From assembly GCF_000150275.1 (NCBI RefSeq), contig NW_002060953.1:1523693-1587692 (forward strand): a stretch of 64,000 nt of DNA. Direction: 5' to 3'. The DNA comes from Trichoplax adhaerens. Taxonomy: Eukaryota; Animalia; Placozoa. Both the position numbers and the translations under genes were made by a program. Positions within the stretch are counted from its first letter, which is position 1, and every line of letters begins with the position of its first letter. Of this stretch, positions 60,622-64,000 are shown piece by piece. The notes beneath the pieces are model-generated. The model saw only the letters and a list, made by a program, of their open reading frames with translations. It searched no databases and was not told the DNA's origin.

Positions 60622-63300
60622 CTAAATTGCAGATATGGCAGTGCTTCCATTATTTCTTGATGGCATTTGATTAGGATATTTGGTTTGCTTGTCAACCTTT
60701 GCAAATGTAAACTTAGCAATACTAGCTGCAGCTTCATATTGTGTATTCAAATGCGGTTGACGAATGATAATGTACATTTTTGGCAAGAAGTAACAAAATT
60801 GAGTCACGAATCCATAAAATATCATCATTAAACAAGACAGTATTGATCGCAACTGACCATGAAAAAAATACATGACTGGAGTTACGGTTAATGCAAGAAA
60901 TGCATACAAAATACTAGCTATCAAGATATATCGAGCATCATTATAGTTATCCGGTAATGATCTTATACGAAAGGCAAATACAAGGCCAACGGTAACTGCT
61001 GTTGTCCATAGCACTACAGCAGCAGTAAAGGCCGGAAAGCTGAAAACTTCGCATGATTTTACGAGCTGTTGTTTGTCGTTCTCATATTTGATAATTTTTA
61101 GTGGTTGATATACGATTAACCCAACGATAATCGCGTTAGTAATAGTCATAGTTACAATGAGAACAATAACTTGATTTCGTGTTTTTGACAATTTCTTGTA
61201 TAAGGACCGCTGACGAAAGCCATTTCGGAATATAGCTGCTACTTGAATTGTCTTGCAAATGACAGTAACTGCTACGCCAGTCTGACTATTAGCAGTGAGT
61301 AGTAATCTAAATGTGCAATTGAAAACAGTACTGTCACAAAGAAACATGATTGAAGCAGGAAGGGACATAGCGTTATAACCCATTAAAATATTAATCAACG
61401 TAAAATTGGATCCTTTAATTACAGGAGTATTTCGTTTGATGATAACGACAACCCAAATAAATATCGAATTAATCAAGAAGATAAACCATAGGCAGCAAGC
61501 AATAATAAAGTATTTATCTCTAAATGAAATATTAATGATTTCGTAACCAATACATTTCGTTTTGTTCTCATTTGGAGCAGTAAATGGCTCACATTTAGTG
61601 CAATTTGACTGATTGGTAGAATTAGTTATAGAATGAAAGTAGCATTTAGTGCAGAGCCAACAACATTTTAGTGATTTCTTGTCAAGACTATTGTAATAAC
61701 GGTAAGTACCGGGCTGACAATCATCAGAACAGCGAGCAACTGGTACAATACCACTATTCCATTTTATTTTTGTTTTATTAATAATTAAACCGTAATCTTC
61801 ATCCCAATATCCAACTTTGACATGTTTTATTGGACCTTTACCGATACTCTTCGCTGGAACTTGCAAGTTAATTATATTGTAAAGTAAATGATTAGTTCCG
61901 TCGGCGCGAAAGTGAAAATCGTCGTTTGATATGCCCTTAAAGGTTACCTTGCTTAAATATTCATTTAATTTTAGTCGATCGTAATGAGATGCAAGATTAT
62001 CTACTGGAGAACAGTGTGTTGAATTGCAACCTAATTTGCTATGTAGTGCGTAAGCTAAAGCTAATGCTGCATCCATAACATAAGCAGCGGAGTCATGCAT
62101 GGAATAAAATGATTCTGAAAAGTAACGTTTGAGATTATTATTAATTATACAGCTTGCCATTATGGATTCAGTATTATTTCCAAGAGATTGGAGTTTTTCT
62201 GACCAAGCTGCTATAAACCAAGGATTCTTAATATTATTACAGAAGTCAAGTTCGTCTAAATAAGATTGAAAGTCCTGTAACGAACCATCCATTATATCCA
62301 TACCCAATGCACCACCAATTACGCTAGGATTGAGTGCATTAATTCTAGCAGAACTTAACAAATCATACGACCCTATCCATGTCTTACCTACTAAACCCTC
62401 GGATTCTACTTTTCGAAGGAATGGATAAATAAGCGCTTCACCACCAGCGAGAATAATGACGTTCGAACGAGTTAAGTATTTAAGTTTTAATACAATTTCC
62501 TTTAAATTAGATTGCGTGTAATTGTCATTTATAATTCCGGTATATCCAATACAAATTTCATTATTAAAAAGTAATTTAGAAACAATTTTTTTATAATTCT
62601 CGGCAAAATTTGATCCAGCTACGATAATAGATATATAATTCCAGCGAAATTTTGCAACAATATCAAGGAATACTAGCACCTGCATCGTTATTGGTGAACG
62701 TGAACGATAGAAGTATGGAAAGAGTTGACGAAGTGATTGACTTACGTGGGATGTACCGTAACTGATTTGAAGAAAATACAAACTACTAGTATATATGGCC
62801 AACGAAGTTGAAATGTCATCTGATTTCTCACCGACAATTCCAAGAATTGGAGTGGTCATTGTGTGATTATATTGAAATTTTATGTTACTATCAGTCCATT
62901 GATTAGGTATATGGTTGAATTTTTGGTATGAAGGCCAGTCAAAATTGGCTGGATTACTGAACATTAATTCATAACTTACCAATTTCATAGCCATTTCTCG
63001 AGATGAGCAAGAATCAATTAGTGTCCAACCAACTTTGATACCAGGCAATAAGTTTTGATTGGCATTGATTAAAATATCTATAGCGTATATCATAGCTTGT
63101 GTGAGCTTTACATTGACTAAATTGAATTCATAGCATTGATTTAAGGTACTGTTATAATGTAAGGTATTAGGAAAAACACCTATAATTTGAATATCTCCTG
63201 GTTGATAAGAGTAAATATGGCAATGTGAAGACTTTATCTTTACAAAAGTAACAATGACGAAAAAAAAAATATAACTTTTAATAAGTTGCTTTAGGACCAT
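60622..63300 (-). CDS. Class C GPCR, array copy 8, 892 aa; appears the most divergent intact copy
   Basis: Signal peptide, VFT, 9-Cys domain, 7TM with RSLPDNYNDAR and FLPKMYII. Confidence 0.95.
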   Translation of the reverse strand: MVLKQLIKSYIFFFVIVTFVKIKSSHCHIYSYQPGDIQIIGVFPNTLHYNSTLNQCYEFNLVNVKLTQAMIYAIDILINANQNLLPGIKVGWTLIDSCSSREMAMKLVSYELMFSNPANFDWPSYQKFNHIPNQWTDSNIKFQYNHTMTTPILGIVGEKSDDISTSLAIYTSSLYFLQISYGTSHVSQSLRQLFPYFYRSRSPITMQVLVFLDIVAKFRWNYISIIVAGSNFAENYKKIVSKLLFNNEICIGYTGIINDNYTQSNLKEIVLKLKYLTRSNVIILAGGEALIYPFLRKVESEGLVGKTWIGSYDLLSSARINALNPSVIGGALGMDIMDGSLQDFQSYLDELDFCNNIKNPWFIAAWSEKLQSLGNNTESIMASCIINNNLKRYFSESFYSMHDSAAYVMDAALALAYALHSKLGCNSTHCSPVDNLASHYDRLKLNEYLSKVTFKGISNDDFHFRADGTNHLLYNIINLQVPAKSIGKGPIKHVKVGYWDEDYGLIINKTKIKWNSGIVPVARCSDDCQPGTYRYYNSLDKKSLKCCWLCTKCYFHSITNSTNQSNCTKCEPFTAPNENKTKCIGYEIINISFRDKYFIIACCLWFIFLINSIFIWVVVIIKRNTPVIKGSNFTLINILMGYNAMSLPASIMFLCDSTVFNCTFRLLLTANSQTGVAVTVICKTIQVAAIFRNGFRQRSLYKKLSKTRNQVIVLIVTMTITNAIIVGLIVYQPLKIIKYENDKQQLVKSCEVFSFPAFTAAVVLWTTAVTVGLVFAFRIRSLPDNYNDARYILIASILYAFLALTVTPVMYFFHGQLRSILSCLMMIFYGFVTQFCYFLPKMYIIIRQPHLNTQYEAAASIAKFTFAKVDKQTKYPNQMPSRNNGSTAISAI

Positions 63301-64000
63301 TTTGAAAGCTAATTGTACTAAAGGGAAGGGTTGTAGCGATAGAGCAGTATCCTGCTTTTAAATAACAGAAAATTTTTATACTTTTTCCACAATAGATTGA
63401 AATTCGACGATTTTCACTATTAGTTAAAAATATAACATAAACAGCAATATTGATGATTCTTAGCAATAAGTTACTTTACGCTTAGAAACGGAATACATAA
63501 TTTGGTCTTTACAAATATCGTGAAGCTTAATTATAGATGGATCTAGTTACTTTACGATATTACAAATTCATACTTGGTATCCTATGATACGCACGGCTTG
63601 TTAAATATATAATAAAGAATATAAATTTTTTATTTGCCCATTTATGATTAATTATTAGCATTTATGGCTAATAAGAATATAAGTTAGTAATGTAAGAAAT
63701 GGAAATTAAATTATTGATTATTTGTAAAGGAACATTTACAAACCGATCTTTTAGCATATTCTTAGATTAATATTAAATTTAATTTTTCTAGATGAGATGA
63801 CAGTTGGCTAAAGAGTTTGCTCGTAAATAATGGAGATCTTTTTAATTTAATGACGAGTAAAAATAAGTAATGATTTATTCCATGCAATCCATTTTTGATG
63901 TTTAATGATTAGCTCGTTGATAACTAATTGAAGATTTATCGTAATGTAACGGTACGAACTACCGTGAAGAAATAGATATCTAAATTTGGTGATATTATAT

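Noticed and set aside
5663-63300. Naming the receptors GRM or CASR
   Set aside because: They share the fold but lack the ligand-binding signature, and orthology cannot be established by eye.
1-64000. CRISPR arrays, rRNA or tRNA genes, autonomous transposons, prokaryotic operons
   Set aside because: None recognised. The sequence is eukaryotic with spliceosomal introns.

Overview
AT-rich animal genomic DNA with short GT-AG introns and four assembly gaps. Its features are consistent with a placozoan such as Trichoplax, but that is inference only. The window is dominated by a head-to-tail, minus-strand tandem array of eight intact, coding-intronless class C GPCR genes (Venus flytrap [VFT] + 9-Cys domain + 7TM, about 890-930 aa). 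At least three clear pseudogene or fragment copies and several more decayed relics lie among them. All intact receptors have lost the canonical amino-acid-binding residues of mGluR/CaSR in a similar way, pointing to a birth-and-death chemosensory-like repertoire with unknown ligands. Inside the array is a very intron-rich UXS1 gene (19 visible exons, including an 8-nt microexon), which the ORF track misses. At the left edge is a bacterial-type DNA-3-methyladenine glycosylase I (tag) gene with an apparent spliceosomal intron just upstream. There are also two long inverted repeats and several diverged duplications. All alignments were done by eye.
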